A stretch of DNA of 64,000 nucleotides from the NCBI RefSeq assembly GCF_009914755.1, contig NC_060941.1. The stretch is one strand, 5' to 3'. The notes under the pieces were generated by a model. It worked only from the letters and a program-made list of their open reading frames with translations. It was not told where the DNA came from and searched no databases. Both the position numbers and the translations under genes were made by a program. This document shows, in pieces, positions 27,618-41,504 of this stretch; positions within the stretch are counted from its first letter, which is position 1, and the number at the start of each line of letters is the position of its first letter. This stretch comes from the human T2T-CHM13v2.0 reference genome, Homo sapiens.

Positions 27618-28234
27618 CTAGAAGAGATGACAGCATGATTTTCCTCTTAAATTTCAGAGACTTTAGGTCTCTGCTGGAACCTTTCATGCCTTATGTCATA
27701 AGCCAAACCATATTTTGAGTTGAGAGTAATTCATGCTGCTAAATGTAATATGCATTCATTAATGTAGAAAATATTTCTTGCTTCTAAATAGACTGAGTTT
27801 CATGGAAGCAGCTTATTGTCTTGCCAGAAGAGGGGTGGCTAACCTCATGGAACCATCACATCTAAGTCAAATAGAGTAACCCTTAAAATCTTAATCTCTA
27901 TTTAGCATTCTTCGCATTCTTCGACAAATCTAACTTAAATTATTTAACTCATGAGGTCTTGTTGGTTTTGCAATTATAGCCCTAATTATGAAAGCCCACT
28001 TTTCTCAAAAGAAAAATTAAAACCATTAGGTTTTGTGTTCTTTTTAGCTTCTAGGACACTCTGAATAAGCGGAGTGCCTTGATTATGCAGATACTTCTTT
28101 GGAGTGTCCTGGACGCATAATACAGAAATGCACCAAACTCCAAACTCTCAAAATGAAACCCAGTGTATCAAATCCTGCTCTTGACAGTTCTTGAATATCT
28201 CCATTAATATCCATTTTGCCCCTTGCTTTTTTAC

Positions 28235-28355
28235 CTCATCTAAGATTGAAGTGGTCAGAGCAGTGGCTGTTCTTATTCTTTCTGTTTGAATATCTTCATC
28301 TTCATCTATGGGTTCTTCTGGATTTGGCTTAGCATCTCTACTTTGGGGGGAAATT
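28235..28355 (-). CDS. ABCA6: ABCA6 exon ~29 (121 nt): [29 protein letters not shown]...
   Basis: tag|A...GAG|gtaaaa; ABCA-type EDED..ER linker. Confidence 0.94.
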
Positions 28356-29048
28356 CTATGGAGAAAATGAAATGTGTTACATGTGGTATTCTAGCTGTTA
28401 AAAGATGTGTCAAAAATCAGCATTCCTGTGATTTTACTACTGTCCTCTTCTCTAATGTGCAGGTGATGATGTGATGATGACTGTCAATATTGCTTCTGCT
28501 TTTGCCAAGAACTCCTGTCCCACTAGCCAGAATCCTTTTCTTGATGTTGTTGCCATTCTTCTGGTAAGAATCTTTGACCCTTTCAAATCTGTCAGCAGGT
28601 ACTGCTCCTTTCTCTTTAAAATTCATGTCACTCTCATTTTCTCTACTCAGTCTGAGCTCATCTTCATCACACCAGATGTTTTTTCAACATCATTTACTGC
28701 TCACCCTTTCTACAGCCCTCCATTTTTAAAACACTCAACTATGTTGCTAAATCGATTCCTTCCCATCTTTTCTTTTCAAGGATGCACAATTATCTCAGAC
28801 GAGAGAATGGCATATTTGGGTCCTTATTAAATTTTGGATGGAGTGAAGGTTTCTTACAGCTGCTTACAGCCAGAACTCTGCCTGGGAGTTCTATCTCTTG
28901 GCAGTAAGGCAGCAATCCACATTCCCTAATGACAATCAACATGTGCTTCCACTGTAAATGTAAATCTGTATTAACAAGATGATAGCACAGACACCATCTA
29001 GGAATGTTAAAATATGATATTAAGTATAAAGTTAAATTTCACCCCAAC

Positions 29049-29140
29049 CTGAAAACAGGATCTTTTCGCATTCTTTTCTTTCCACATTTTAGTTCCATGC
29101 ATCTTAGAACAAAAACGAATAGCAAAGTCTGAAAGTAGGG
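29049..29140 (-). CDS. ABCA6: ABCA6 exon ~28 (92 nt): PYFQTLLFVFVLRCMELKCGKKRMRKDPVF
   Basis: tag|CCC...AG|gttggg. Confidence 0.93.
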
Positions 29141-30346
29141 CTATGAGCAAAGAAATACAGTTATATTTAGGCATAAGTTCACAAATATTATTTAAATATT
29201 TGAATTAAGTTGGTGGTGTTTTGTCTTTGGGTAAATAGTTGTGGATCATTCTCATAAGCTGGGGGAGAAATGTAGCTATACATTCACAATCCAGGTTAGT
29301 GAAACCTGTTTCCTTTCTTCTCGCCACCCATATTCAGTTTGTAAGTAAATTCTATCTACTCTATCTTCAAAATTATCCATAACCCAATTATTTCTCACCC
29401 CTACTCATGATACTCCCACCCAGGCCTAGGTCATTATAATGTCTCACCTGGATTGTTGCAACCCCTTCCTACTTGGGCTATCTCTGCCCCTCTTGCTCTA
29501 AACATCTGTTCTCAATACAGTATCCTGAGCTACTTTTTTAATACATAAGCCTGAACTTATCACTGTGCTTAAAACCCTCCAATGACTCCTCCTCCATCAC
29601 TCAGAGTAGAGTCAAAGCCTTTAGAGTAATCTAGATTACCCTGTGTGACCCTTTCTCCTGACCTCTCGCTTTATCCCATGACTTCTGTGGCCATCTTTCT
29701 TATCACTCTCTTCCTTGGTCATTCAGTCACAACCACACTGGCCTGGCTGACCCTGGATTGAGCCGGGGTCACTCTTGCCACTTCCTACTGAAGTGCTCTT
29801 CTCGAAGCCTTTCCTGACCACCCATCTGACACCACACATATTATCCATTTAGTTTATTATCCATGTCCTTCCACCAGAATATAAGCTCCATGAGGGCAGG
29901 GACCGCTGTCTTTATTTTCTCCTGTACCTAGAAAAGTACTGACACATAGGATTCAAAGACAGTAGTTCCCTTCAGCCTAAATACACCAAAATAATCATTT
30001 TCCCTTTCACTTTTATTATTCAGTTCTTGCCTTTTTAATCTATTATTCAAAGGAAGTAAGTTATATTGCATCTCTATTTTTTACAAGCTCTCTCAAATTT
30101 AGAGGAGGGACAGTAAACAGGATAAGCAAACAAAAAATTAATTTAATATTAACTTTTGGACACATATAGCCAATCCAAGCATGTAAAAAGTAACTCTAAG
30201 GTTTAGAAACATGTCTGAAGGTAAGTGCTTTATCTAAGATCATATAAAAACACTTTCAAAATGGCACACTTTGGACAAGATCAAATTGTTATAGTGAATG
30301 ACAGTCATCCAAAAGAATGTGTGCTGAGGTGGAAAGCCCTTCTTAC

Positions 30347-30424
30347 TATGAAGCAGACTAGAAAATCAGTGGCACTCAATTCAAAATTTGCCTCTGGAAA
30401 TTCTCTGTAGTGCTCCTGGTCTCT
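30347..30424 (-). CDS. ABCA6: ABCA6 exon ~27 (78 nt): RDQEHYREFPEANFELSATDFLVCFI
   Basis: cag|AGA...ATA|gtaaga. Confidence 0.9.
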
Positions 30425-32024
30425 CTGAAAAGACAAAACAAAACACACACACACTAATGATAATTCATCTGCTTTATGATTTGCACTTAAATAATATAAA
30501 ATTCACATATTGAATATTTTCCTCATAGATCTCAATTTCTTTGTGTGCACTAGTGACAAAGTAATTCCCCACAGAAAAAAGAACCTCCTACTCAACTCTT
30601 ACTGTCTCTCAATAAGCAAGTAACCTATGTCTGTTCCTCTCTTCAATTCTTTGTTTAAAAAAATTTGGTTTTAACATTTGCAGAAAGCATATGTTATTAC
30701 TGAAGCATATGTTATTACTGAAACAGTAATATGCTATTACTGAAAGCATAGCAGAGAGAGGTGCTGGCACTGGTAAAATTTCTGGGGGTTGACAATATTT
30801 TTCTTAAGTGCCACAGACAAGCCTTTTCAGAGCCCCTTCTTATCCCAATGGTGACTATTTTCCCATAATGATAACTAGTTCCAGCACGTTATTCTTTCTT
30901 CATCAATCAGTTCATTCAGAAAGTTACTCATTCCTCCTATATAATACATGGCAGATCAAGATGAATGTATTTCACCTTGCAGGTCTACTTAGGAGGAAAA
31001 TGCTTTAAGCAAAGGGATTAGTTTCTAATCGAGAACTTCAGGCATTGCTCAGCCAATGGAGATGTATTTTTGCAAATGGAAGGCTTTTCCAGTTCGCCAA
31101 GGACACCCCTGATTACAGAAGCCCTCTTTACTTTCCTTAAAGCCATTTCATCCAGAGTGGTACAGAGCTCCAAAAAGTGTGTTCTCCACTTAACTTTCTT
31201 GCCCTGGCCTCATCGTATACTTTTCTCCACTTGAACCACATTCAGTTTCTTTAATGCCTCCTGGCTTTTCCTGCTTCAAGGCCTTTGCTTTCCTCTGCAG
31301 AACATGCTTACCTCCTGTCCCATTAACTAATTATTATTCATCCTTTAGCCATGTATTTAAATATAACGTCCCCAGAAGAATTGTCTGACTCGCTAGAACA
31401 CACCAGCTGTGCCTTGTGTGTCCTCCCTTGGCCCTTTGCCCTTGTCCTTTGTAACATTTAAGTTCCTTGTATTAACTTGAGTAAGTTTGGTCTGCCTTTG
31501 CCTCCACTAAGCTTTGGGAAAGTCAGGACTGTGCTATCTTGCTCATCAGGTGTCCCCAGTTACTAGCACAGTGACTAACAGAGAATAGTATTTGATATAT
31601 ATTTTTGAATGATTGAATGGAATCGCATATGAGTTTATCCTCAGCGGCTAACAAATTACCTGTCAAACCAAGCACATTTTTCCCCCAATCTGGCATTACC
31701 CATATTTGAATGGCATTTGACAATGCCTATATTTTGCAAAGTGAATAGGACAAAAGTTTAAATGTTTTATTGAGATTTAATTTTGCATCTGATAAAATTC
31801 ACTCATTTTAAGAGTAGAACTCAAGGATGTTTAGTAAGCTTACAGAGTTGTGCAAGCATCACCACGATTCCCCTTTTGAACATTTTCATCATCCCCCCAA
31901 AATCTCTTATGCCCATTTGCTGTTACTCCCCAGTTCCACTACTTTCTGTCTCTCTTGATCTGGGAAAAGCACTTTAATAAGCTACATATTCAAAATTAAT
32001 GACACAGTTGGTAACATTTCTTAC

Positions 32025-32144
32025 CACTTCCAAAAAAGTTTTAAATCCAAGCAAGGTATATGAAGGAACCAATACCATGGTGGTAATCAATATACTTAGG
32101 TCAAAATGATTGATTAAAGTGATGGAAAACATGATGGTGGAGGC
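32025..32144 (-). CDS. ABCA6: ABCA6 exon ~26 (120 nt): ASTIMFSITLINHFDLSILITTMVLVPSYTLLGFKTFLEV
   Basis: tag|GCC...GTG|gtaaga. Confidence 0.92.
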
Positions 32145-33749
32145 CTACAAGGCAAGTTCAAATATATTGTATCAGACATACTCAACCCATTGATATTTTG
32201 TAAAACATTTAAGATGCAGGTGTTCTCATGATGTATATCATAATGTTCCCATATGCAGATATACCCATTTGACAATGATAGTTTCTCCTTTTAGAGACAA
32301 TAGGGAAGAAGCTTTTGTTAACAAGAATACATTATGATCCCCAATAGAAAATTCTTAATAAAGACTGGCGACTAAGGTGAAAGCTAAAATGACCAAATAG
32401 ACTTCTTGACGTGTATTATTAAATTTAATCCAAGACAAGAGGATAGAGGGATTACCTTTTTATGGCTAAGGTAACAATATTGCTAATGAATAAAAACCTG
32501 TATATGTTGAAAGTTACATGGCTATTATAAAAAAAAACCAAACAATCCATACTGTCTCTCAACCAGACTACTGTGGAGCTTTCTCATTGTCCTTCCTGCT
32601 CCATTTCTTCCCCATTCCAAACAAATGACTTTTCTGAGATTGTGTATTTTTATTGTGATGGACTTATTTTATTTTACAATTTTTTTTACTGGCAAATGGG
32701 AAGGAATAAGGATAATTTTGTTTGTTTGTTTTAAGAATCAATTGATCAGCCAAGTATGTATTGAGCACTACCCTTTCTTTCCCAGATCTTATTAATGTAC
32801 TGATTATAATAAAAATAGAATCATAATTGCTAAATTCACTGAATATTACATAAATGCCAGGTTTTAATAATCTAGCATGAATTATTTAATCCTCACAACT
32901 CCATAATGTAGTACTTTTATTATCTCTCCCTTTACAAATGAGAAATCTGGGGTTCACTCTTAAGTCCTTCAGTTCACTTAGCTGACTCCTCTTATTCTAC
33001 CAGACCTCCATATTTCTACAGTTTCTTTCCTCTCTTCTCATCCACTGGAACAAGAGAGGAGTCTAAACTTTGACAGTGTGAGAGGATACTCCAGAACTCC
33101 GTGTGCTAAGATGTGCTACTATACCTCCACCACACAGCATAATAGGCTGAAAAGATACTTCCTTATCAGGCAGGGGTCTAGGGTACCAGTAAAGCACCAC
33201 AACCCTGGGGGTATGGAATTCCACTGGACTCTAGAAACAAATTAACTACTGACTGTGGCTTCACTCAATGATGGAGAAACATTGCCTACACTGTCCTTCC
33301 AAATGGATCCCAGATCACCAAAGGACAACTGCATTGAATATCAACATACTATACCTTCTGACATATGATCCCGTGAGGAGTAAACAAATTGCCTTAGTCC
33401 TAGGACTAGCATCGTTTAAGTTGATACTAGCTGTACAATGATAAATTCTCACAACATATATTTTCAATACATATTTAGAAATAAATTATAAGTTATTTGT
33501 ATGCAAATGCAAATTTTAGTGCAAACTGCTTGAGGTCTTTGTGAAGAGGTATAATTTTAAAACTTTTTAGCCTACTGAAATCAAGATGTGTTCATCAGCA
33601 CAAGTTCTGAATCAGTATTGCCAACCATGCTACTGTCTCATATTTTTTAACATGAGGAATGACATAAGGTCTGAGACTTCAAGTTTATTCCTGAGCCTGT
33701 CACTACTTTTTGTGTTTTTCTGAGCAAGTTACTAAATTTTTTCCTCTAT

Positions 33750-34285
33750 TGAAGTAGGAAATTAAGAAAATAACAGAATAATGGCATAAGTAATAATAGT
33801 GAAAATTATAGTAACAGAAAAATAACAATAGCTCATAGAATGAATTGCTGTATTAACCAAGGCTGAAAAGAATTTAAGTTGCGCACCCCCACCTCCGCCG
33901 AAGTTAAAGTTAAAAGAGAATACTAACTGTCCCAAGAAACATTAACCATATCTACTTCCCACATATTCTGTAAGTTCTGTAAGTCCCTGTTTTTCTTGCT
34001 GTGCAGCTGCAAGGTCACAAGATAAGTAAGTGAAAGTTAAATTGCAACTCATATTTTTCCTAAGATGCAAGTCATGGCATAAATGATAAACAGCCTTTGT
34101 TCTCACTTCTGCAAACCTGCTTCCTGCTTCAAGTTTTTCCCGCCCCAAAATGCTTAAAAGTTGCTCGCTTTCTTTGTTAGGGGCTCAGACTTTCAGGACA
34201 CATGTCTGCTGAGCCGATATACACCTAAAATAAAAGCTCTCCTGTATCCCGATCGGTCTCTCTAGTTCCTTAATTTCCTGCAACA
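33750..34285 (+). mobile_element. ERV1-type solo LTR (536 bp) with 4-bp CTAT target-site duplication
   Basis: TG...CA termini; CTAT at 33746-33749 and 34286-34289; AATAAA at 34229-34234; family not identified. Confidence 0.85.
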
Positions 34286-36077
34286 CTATAAAATTTGGTA
34301 AATCATACTAGACAATTTTGAATTTCTTTCAAGTCTGACATTCCACCATTCTAGAAATATGTAGATTCCTTTCAGTGATAGAAAAATGAAATAAATAAAT
34401 ATACTGAAATAGATAAGCATAAGAAGGGCAAAGGAAAAACAATCAGAAATTACAAATATATAAATACATATTTTACTATTACACTGCGGTGTAATTTTGT
34501 TTTTATATTTTGAACAGTCTTTGTTTTCCAAAACGTACCTTGCCTCTGGAATATTGTCTTGCCTTATTTGAATCCATAACAACTTAAGCATAAATGGCAG
34601 CAAAGGATAAAAGGCATGCAATCATACGTATATGTGTTTTGATTTTAAAAATACAGTGTTTCTCAGTGTCATGTCTGATTTTCTGCTGTGATCTTTTATT
34701 TGTGATAATTTTTTCAAATCACAGTGAGAACACCTTAATCACCATGTTAGTTCACAAGCCTAAGAAGTGGTTCTGCATTATCATCTTTCCTTAGAAAGAA
34801 CAAAGTCAAATTTCTTCTTTTGTTCATCTATTCACTTGCTGCCGTATATACAAGGGGCATTCATAATATGATAATGCAGATTCTGTCTTCTGCCATTTTT
34901 TGAAGGAAAGTTCCTCTCACTGGACTCTCACTCCTTACTCCACAATGGGAAAATGGTTTCTGCTCTCTAAGCCTAGAGATGAAACTTATTGTTTTGGAAG
35001 ATTCTGGCCTATTAAGTTCTAGAAGTTCTGTCACAGTCTATGGAATTGATGCACAGATTTGAAATCCTGGAACTTGGCTGAGAAAATCTTGTCTATAATG
35101 TTTTCCAACCCAAAGCATCACTATGGAGCCTGCAGCCATGAGGAAATTAAACCTGCTCAGCTTCTCCACTAAAAGCTAAAAGGCAAGGGCTGAGGTATGT
35201 TTCTATCACTGATGCTGAATGCTCTCTTGTCTGAGAAATTTCCAGCTCTATACAAACTGGGATAAGTTGTGAGTATACGGTAAGCCAGGGGCAACTATTT
35301 CATGAGGCACATAGCAAAAAATGTGTCCATCTAGATGTGCATTTGTTCCAGTTTGGAATGATTTCTGTGTAATAAGGGTCAACACAAGGAGTGGCAAAAG
35401 CCACAAAAGGAAGCTTGATTCCAGCATGCTGTTTACTTAGGACTGAAGGACAAGCTGCTGAAAAAGCATCTATGAGGGGCACTCACTAGGGCATCTGCAG
35501 CATCACTCAGGCTGGCAGGAGCAGACCCATGCGCAACCACGCTGGACAATAACCCTGACATTTCTTGGCTATCACCTCCAAGGTAGACTTCGTTCAGAGC
35601 TAAAACTACTGGCAAACACTAAGAATGAATGTGAATTCTTTGTTCACCTTTGCTAGACAGATACAAGAGTGCTGACTGAAAAGAAACCAACCAAGTGTCA
35701 GTAAGACTCTCTTCTACAGACATCTGATCTAGCACCTGAGATTACACTGGACAATGGCAGTAAGTCTGTTGACTGAACAAAAAATAGTCTCCATGGAAAG
35801 GATAAATGGAAAGACCTTTTGTGCACCAGATCCTCATGGCTGCCTCAAAGCCAGTTTTTCCGAGTAAGGTGAGCCTAATGTTCTTTCTGTAGCCTCTGTA
35901 CTTCCACTGGATTGTGCTGATGGTGGTAAGAGATATAGTTATAGACACTGTTTGCTGAATACAAAGAAATATAGCCCAGAGAAGTCAAACCCAAGTGCTG
36001 TCCACTGAGAAGGAACAACAGCTACCTGCTGGCCAAAAGAGTCCCAGACTAATTTCTTGTAGAAGTCAGTGGGTCGT

Positions 36078-36158
36078 ATAGGTTGGTGCAAAAGTAATTG
36101 CGGTTTTGACATTACTTTAAATAGCAAAAAAAACGCAATTGCTCTTGCACCAACCTAA
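36078..36158. mobile_element. MADE1 (Hsmar1-derived MITE)
   Basis: taggttggtgcaaaagtaattgcg...cgcaattgctcttgcaccaacctaa palindrome followed by TA. Confidence 0.92.
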
Positions 36159-36810
36159 TATTAAATATATCATTTCTTATAGATGATCTTTGGTTGGGTT
36201 CTTCTCATGGATTCAAGATTCCCATTCCAAGAGTTGAGAGCTGTTTTCCAGACAGACATTCAATCACCAGTTGAGGATATCAGTTAAAGGAGGCCTGAAG
36301 TGTAGGACTCAGGGCACTCTGGTGTCTCTAGAATTTCAGCAAACATTTCCAGCAAAGTTTTCCATGATTTTGGACAAGCTCTTTACTTTTATACTAACAA
36401 GTAACCTGGCATAAGTATAAAACATCTTTAGTATCTGAAACTATTAGCAGCTAAGGTTAAGAGAGACCTTCTTGAAGACTGTAGAGATGGGTTGTAATGT
36501 CAACTGTTAGGAAGCCAATTTTCTAGTGTTGGCAGGAAGCCCTGTATTCTGGAGACATAAACTCAACAGGACGTTTCAGACGTCAGGTCTTCTGTAAGAT
36601 TCTCCATAAATTCTGTTCAATGGGTAGCACCTGATTTCTTTAGAAATATTATTGATTCAGTAACAGTGTTACACTTCCCTCTCTTTTCTATGGTGTAATT
36701 TTGAAGTATTAATTTTCCCTACTGTCTTAAGGCAGACATCTGTATTTAAGATTACATTAGAAGTTTAAAAAATAACACTATTTCTCTATTTGTATGTATT
36801 ATATACTTAC

Positions 36811-36924
36811 AAAAAAGAAGTAAAATGACCAAAGGCCACTGTTTTTTCTCCTTTTGCGAAAAATAAATGATATCATATATATGAAGAAGACAAGAGAAGC
36901 TGCATAACCAGGAGTAACTATAAC
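36811..36924 (-). CDS. ABCA6: ABCA6 exon ~25 (114 nt): VIVTPGYAASLVFFIYMISFIFRKRRKNSGLWSFYFFF
   Basis: cag|GTT...TTT|gtaagt. Confidence 0.93.
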
Positions 36925-37198
36925 CTGAGCATAAAAGAAATAATAACATAGTCAAAAAATCAAATATTACTGAGGGAAAAATTAGATTACAACTTTTAAA
37001 AAACAAGTAACCTGGCATAAGTATAAAACATCTTTGGTATCTGAAACTATTAGTATTTATCATACATGCACTTTGCATGTTTTTTGTTTTGGTTTATTAC
37101 AAAATATGAATTAAAACATCTTAACTACTTAAAATAACAATGTTAAAATTTATTATTAATTACTTTATGAAATTTGGTTTATGTACTGTGTTACTTAC

Positions 37199-37372
37199 CA
37201 AAGCAAACACAATTTGGCTTGTAATAAGAAGGTACTGCATGTTTTCTATGTAGAAAATTAAATACATTAAAAGGAGAATTAAAATGAAGAAGCTGACGTC
37301 CACTAGTGCCTGCCCACACCAGTAAGCAGAAGTGTAGAGGCCTGAAATCCATAGCTGGGACTTAGCATTTTT
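37199..37372 (-). CDS. ABCA6: ABCA6 exon ~24 (174 nt): KNAKSQLWISGLYTSAYWCGQALVD...
   Basis: cag|AAA...TTG|gtaagt; ABCA-type SGL.xSAYW motif. Confidence 0.94.
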
Positions 37373-37682
37373 CTGATTAAAAAAAAAAAGAAAGAAAGAA
37401 ATGTATATAGATTCAATTAAAATGCAAATCTAAAATAAACACAAACACATTGGAAGAATTTTTAAGATAAATATAATCTAATCTTCTAATATTAAAAAAA
37501 ATTATGCATATACTGCTTAGTAACATGAGGCTTATAGAGCCAGTTCCATGGTTTACAAGGTGTCTATCAAAAATAAAATGTATACTGTGATAGGCCTGAC
37601 TCATAACACAACTTTAGCTCATGAATAATGAAAAGTGGACCTCATAATGTTCAAGGCATTAAACTCTATAAAAATAAGTATT

Positions 37683-37982
<300 letters not shown>

Positions 37983-38490
37983 TTATTTTGTGACCTGGAG
38001 GACATAATACATTTACCTTTACCTAAACATCTTGGAGAGTTTCTGGCTCAGGATGGTGAACGTTGATAGATTTAACTGCTTTGTCTGAATAATGGGCATA
38101 ATCGAATACAAATATAACATAAAATTGCAATTTCCAGAGTGGAAAAGGAATTCAAGTCTTAAATTTGGCCTTTGATTTCAACATCAATGATTTCCTTCTT
38201 GTGGCTGGGAAATAATGTGGTCAAAAGATTTATAATATTTCCCTTTGAAGGTTTAGACTAATTGGAGTCTCTGAAAAATCACTGTACTTTTCAGGTGACT
38301 TTGGAATAAAAAGCATTTTGAGTTTTTAGAAGTAAATTATCTGACTTGCCAAGAATAAGGTTTAGCTACAATATCTAAATTAAACATACATTCAAATGTT
38401 TTTGTCAGAAGAAAACATTTTGAACACATAGCATTCAAAATACAGATATTGAAATTCCTGAAATTTCTTCTTTTCCCTGCTTTTTCTTAC

Positions 38491-38598
38491 CTTGTAATCA
38501 CTGATGCTGCCCATGGTGATATAAGGAGAAATGCTACATAGAACCAAAAATAAGAAAAAGGAACCATCCGGCAACCCAGTCCAGAGTCCTATGTGGCT
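38491..38598 (-). CDS. ABCA6: ABCA6 exon ~23 (108 nt): SHIGLWTGLPDGSFFLFLVLCSISPYITMGSISDYK
   Basis: cag|AGC...AAG|gtaaga. Confidence 0.94.
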
Positions 38599-38789
38599 CT
38601 GAAAATATAAAGGGTAGCTTAAACTAGTGAATATTTGTTAAATGAAACAAATAATTATAGCCACAAAAATGCACTTTTTGAAATGTTGAAAAATCAAAGT
38701 AAAGGTGTAGCTCATTACCATCTAGGCACGAAGGTGGGAGGGAAAGTGACTCTGATCTTCAACTCAAAGAACAAAGAGAAGTCAAAAGT

Positions 38790-39545
<756 letters not shown>

Positions 39546-40131
39546 ATAATTCAGAAGTTAGGACCTCTGATGAACATATAATTCAGGCCTGAGTAGCACG
39601 TCTTTCTGAGCAAACCCAGAGATGGAAACCTCAGTAGCTGGGTGGATGTGTTCTGAAGCACAGAACCAAGAAGAAAACTTGTTGCTGCTTGTCTTAACTT
39701 CAGGGAAAGGAACTTTAAATCACTACCCCCAAATCAGCATCCACTTGAGGCTAGGCCAAGTGGACACTCTAGCAGCATCTAGGACCACCTCATGGATATA
39801 ATTACAGGATAACAGCATGAGCCTGTCTCAAAATAATTCCACAATTATTTAACTTTATTTAAGACTTTGAGGGCTATGTCTATAAATTCTGTTTTTCATC
39901 ATAGGAATGAGGGAGGAAAGGTGTGTGCCATGGGGAAGTGGGAGTGGGGAACAGGTTTCTAATAGAGTAGCTATGGGCTTCAGTCCATTTTGATCCTGAG
40001 CAAACACAATGGCATTAGGAAGCTAATAATTCAGAAGTTAGGACCTTTGATGAACACATAATTCAGGCCTGAGCAGCATGTCTTTCTGAGCAAACCCAGA
40101 GATGGAAACCTCAGTAGCTGGGTGGATGTGT

Positions 40132-40211
40132 TCTTTTGAAGGATAGCAGCATAAGCCTGTCTCAAAATAATTCTGCAGTGAGACAGGTTCATGCTGCTAT
40201 CGTTCCAAAGA
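40132..40211 (+). ncRNA. MIR4524B: MIR4524B hairpin (5p ATAGCAGCATAAGCCTGTCTC at 40143-40163)
   Basis: 33-bp imperfect inverted repeat with a 14-nt loop; mature sequence recognised from memory; precursor limits approximate. Confidence 0.8.
40138..40206 (-). ncRNA. MIR4524A: MIR4524A hairpin, sense to ABCA6 (5p ATAGCAGCATGAACCTGTCTCA at 40200-40179)
   Basis: Same inverted repeat read on the minus strand; mature sequence recognised from memory. Confidence 0.8.
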
Positions 40212-41366
40212 GGAAGGGTAATCACTGTCTCTTTCTGCTACTCCTCTGGTTCCACTTTCTGGAGAATTCCCTTCAGACACCCCTTCCCTCGAGTCATCCT
40301 GTGCAGCAGACCTGTTTACGTGATCAGTCGGTCATACTCAACTCACGGAGGTATGTGTCTGTCACGAACATCTCAAGTACTGTATATTTCATCCCCATTG
40401 TTCCCATGGCTTACAGAAAACCTGTGCTTGCATATACTCCCAGCACCACTGATTCAGTGAAGCCAAAACTGAGCTTCACACTTTTGTCACAAAATGGACT
40501 TCCCTTTGGAGGGCTTCATTTCCTAATCCTGCTTCTTGATGTTTCAGACTTCTGGTGTGAAACAGTTGGAGTCAGCTTTGAGACACCCCTGTTGGTATCA
40601 GGCAGGGTCTAACCAGAAAACCATGACTACGTTAAGTTCTTAGAGTGCAATTCCTTATGACATGGTTAGGTGGGTGATGAGCATCCCACAAAGATGGTGA
40701 AGTGAGAAGCAAGCTATTGTTGCTTCTGGGCTTCAGGAACAGCAGAAGGAGGTGATGTGACTGGAGCCCAATGTAGGGGGTCCTCTGCTCTTCTGTCTCC
40801 CACCACTGCTTTCTAGTGTCCAAACTGTCTGAAGCCAGACTATAGCCAACTGACACAGAATCCAATGCAGCCTGTGTGTATTAGGCTCCCTCACAACATA
40901 GAGCAACTATGAGTAGGTGAATAAATTCAACAGATAGCCCCAGAACTGGCAGATTCTCCTTCATATTAGTCTGTCTACTACACATTTAGTCAATGGAGGG
41001 TCCACTAACTAATTATAATAGATTTATATGTAACCAGGGTTACAAGTTCTCCTGATTTCCAAGTCAGTGTTTTCTTTTTTCTGTTTCTCTTTCTCATACA
41101 CTTCCACAATCAAGTATGTACAACTTTTCAAAACATTGCCTAGAAGACTGACAAAATATTGAAAAGTATTCCCTCACGATAATTATCTGATAACTTGGCA
41201 GGAAAAAAAATCCTGTTTTGTTTGCTATAACCCATTGAAAATATTAGGATAAAATAATAATTTTCAGGCTTAACAATCACTTATGGATATTTAAAAGCTA
41301 AAGAGAGAAAACATAGGCTATTTGTCCAATTCTTAATTGTTTAGACTCAGTAAATCCAATACTTAC

Positions 41367-41504
41367 AAGAGGAAATGGGCTTGACTCAATTCGAATATGT
41401 TGTGTGTGATTAAACATTTGAAGTAGCCCATTGCTGATAATATTCATAAGAATTGGAAAACAGTGCAATCTCTTGGTATTACACACAACTGAAAATCTAT
41501 AATC
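41367..41504 (-). CDS. ABCA6: ABCA6 exon ~22 (138 nt): DYRFSVVCNTKRLHCFPILMNIISNGLL...
   Basis: aag|GAT...CTT|gtaagt. Confidence 0.94.

Noticed and set aside
32022-32027. Alternative tandem donor GAA|GTG|GTAAGA at exon ~26
   Set aside because: The upstream GT (GTGGTA) is much weaker than GTAAGA, so there is no reason to expect use.
40136-40612. 158-aa ORF overlapping the miRNA hairpin
   Set aside because: Non-ATG start, no recognisable domain, and no supporting splice or promoter context.
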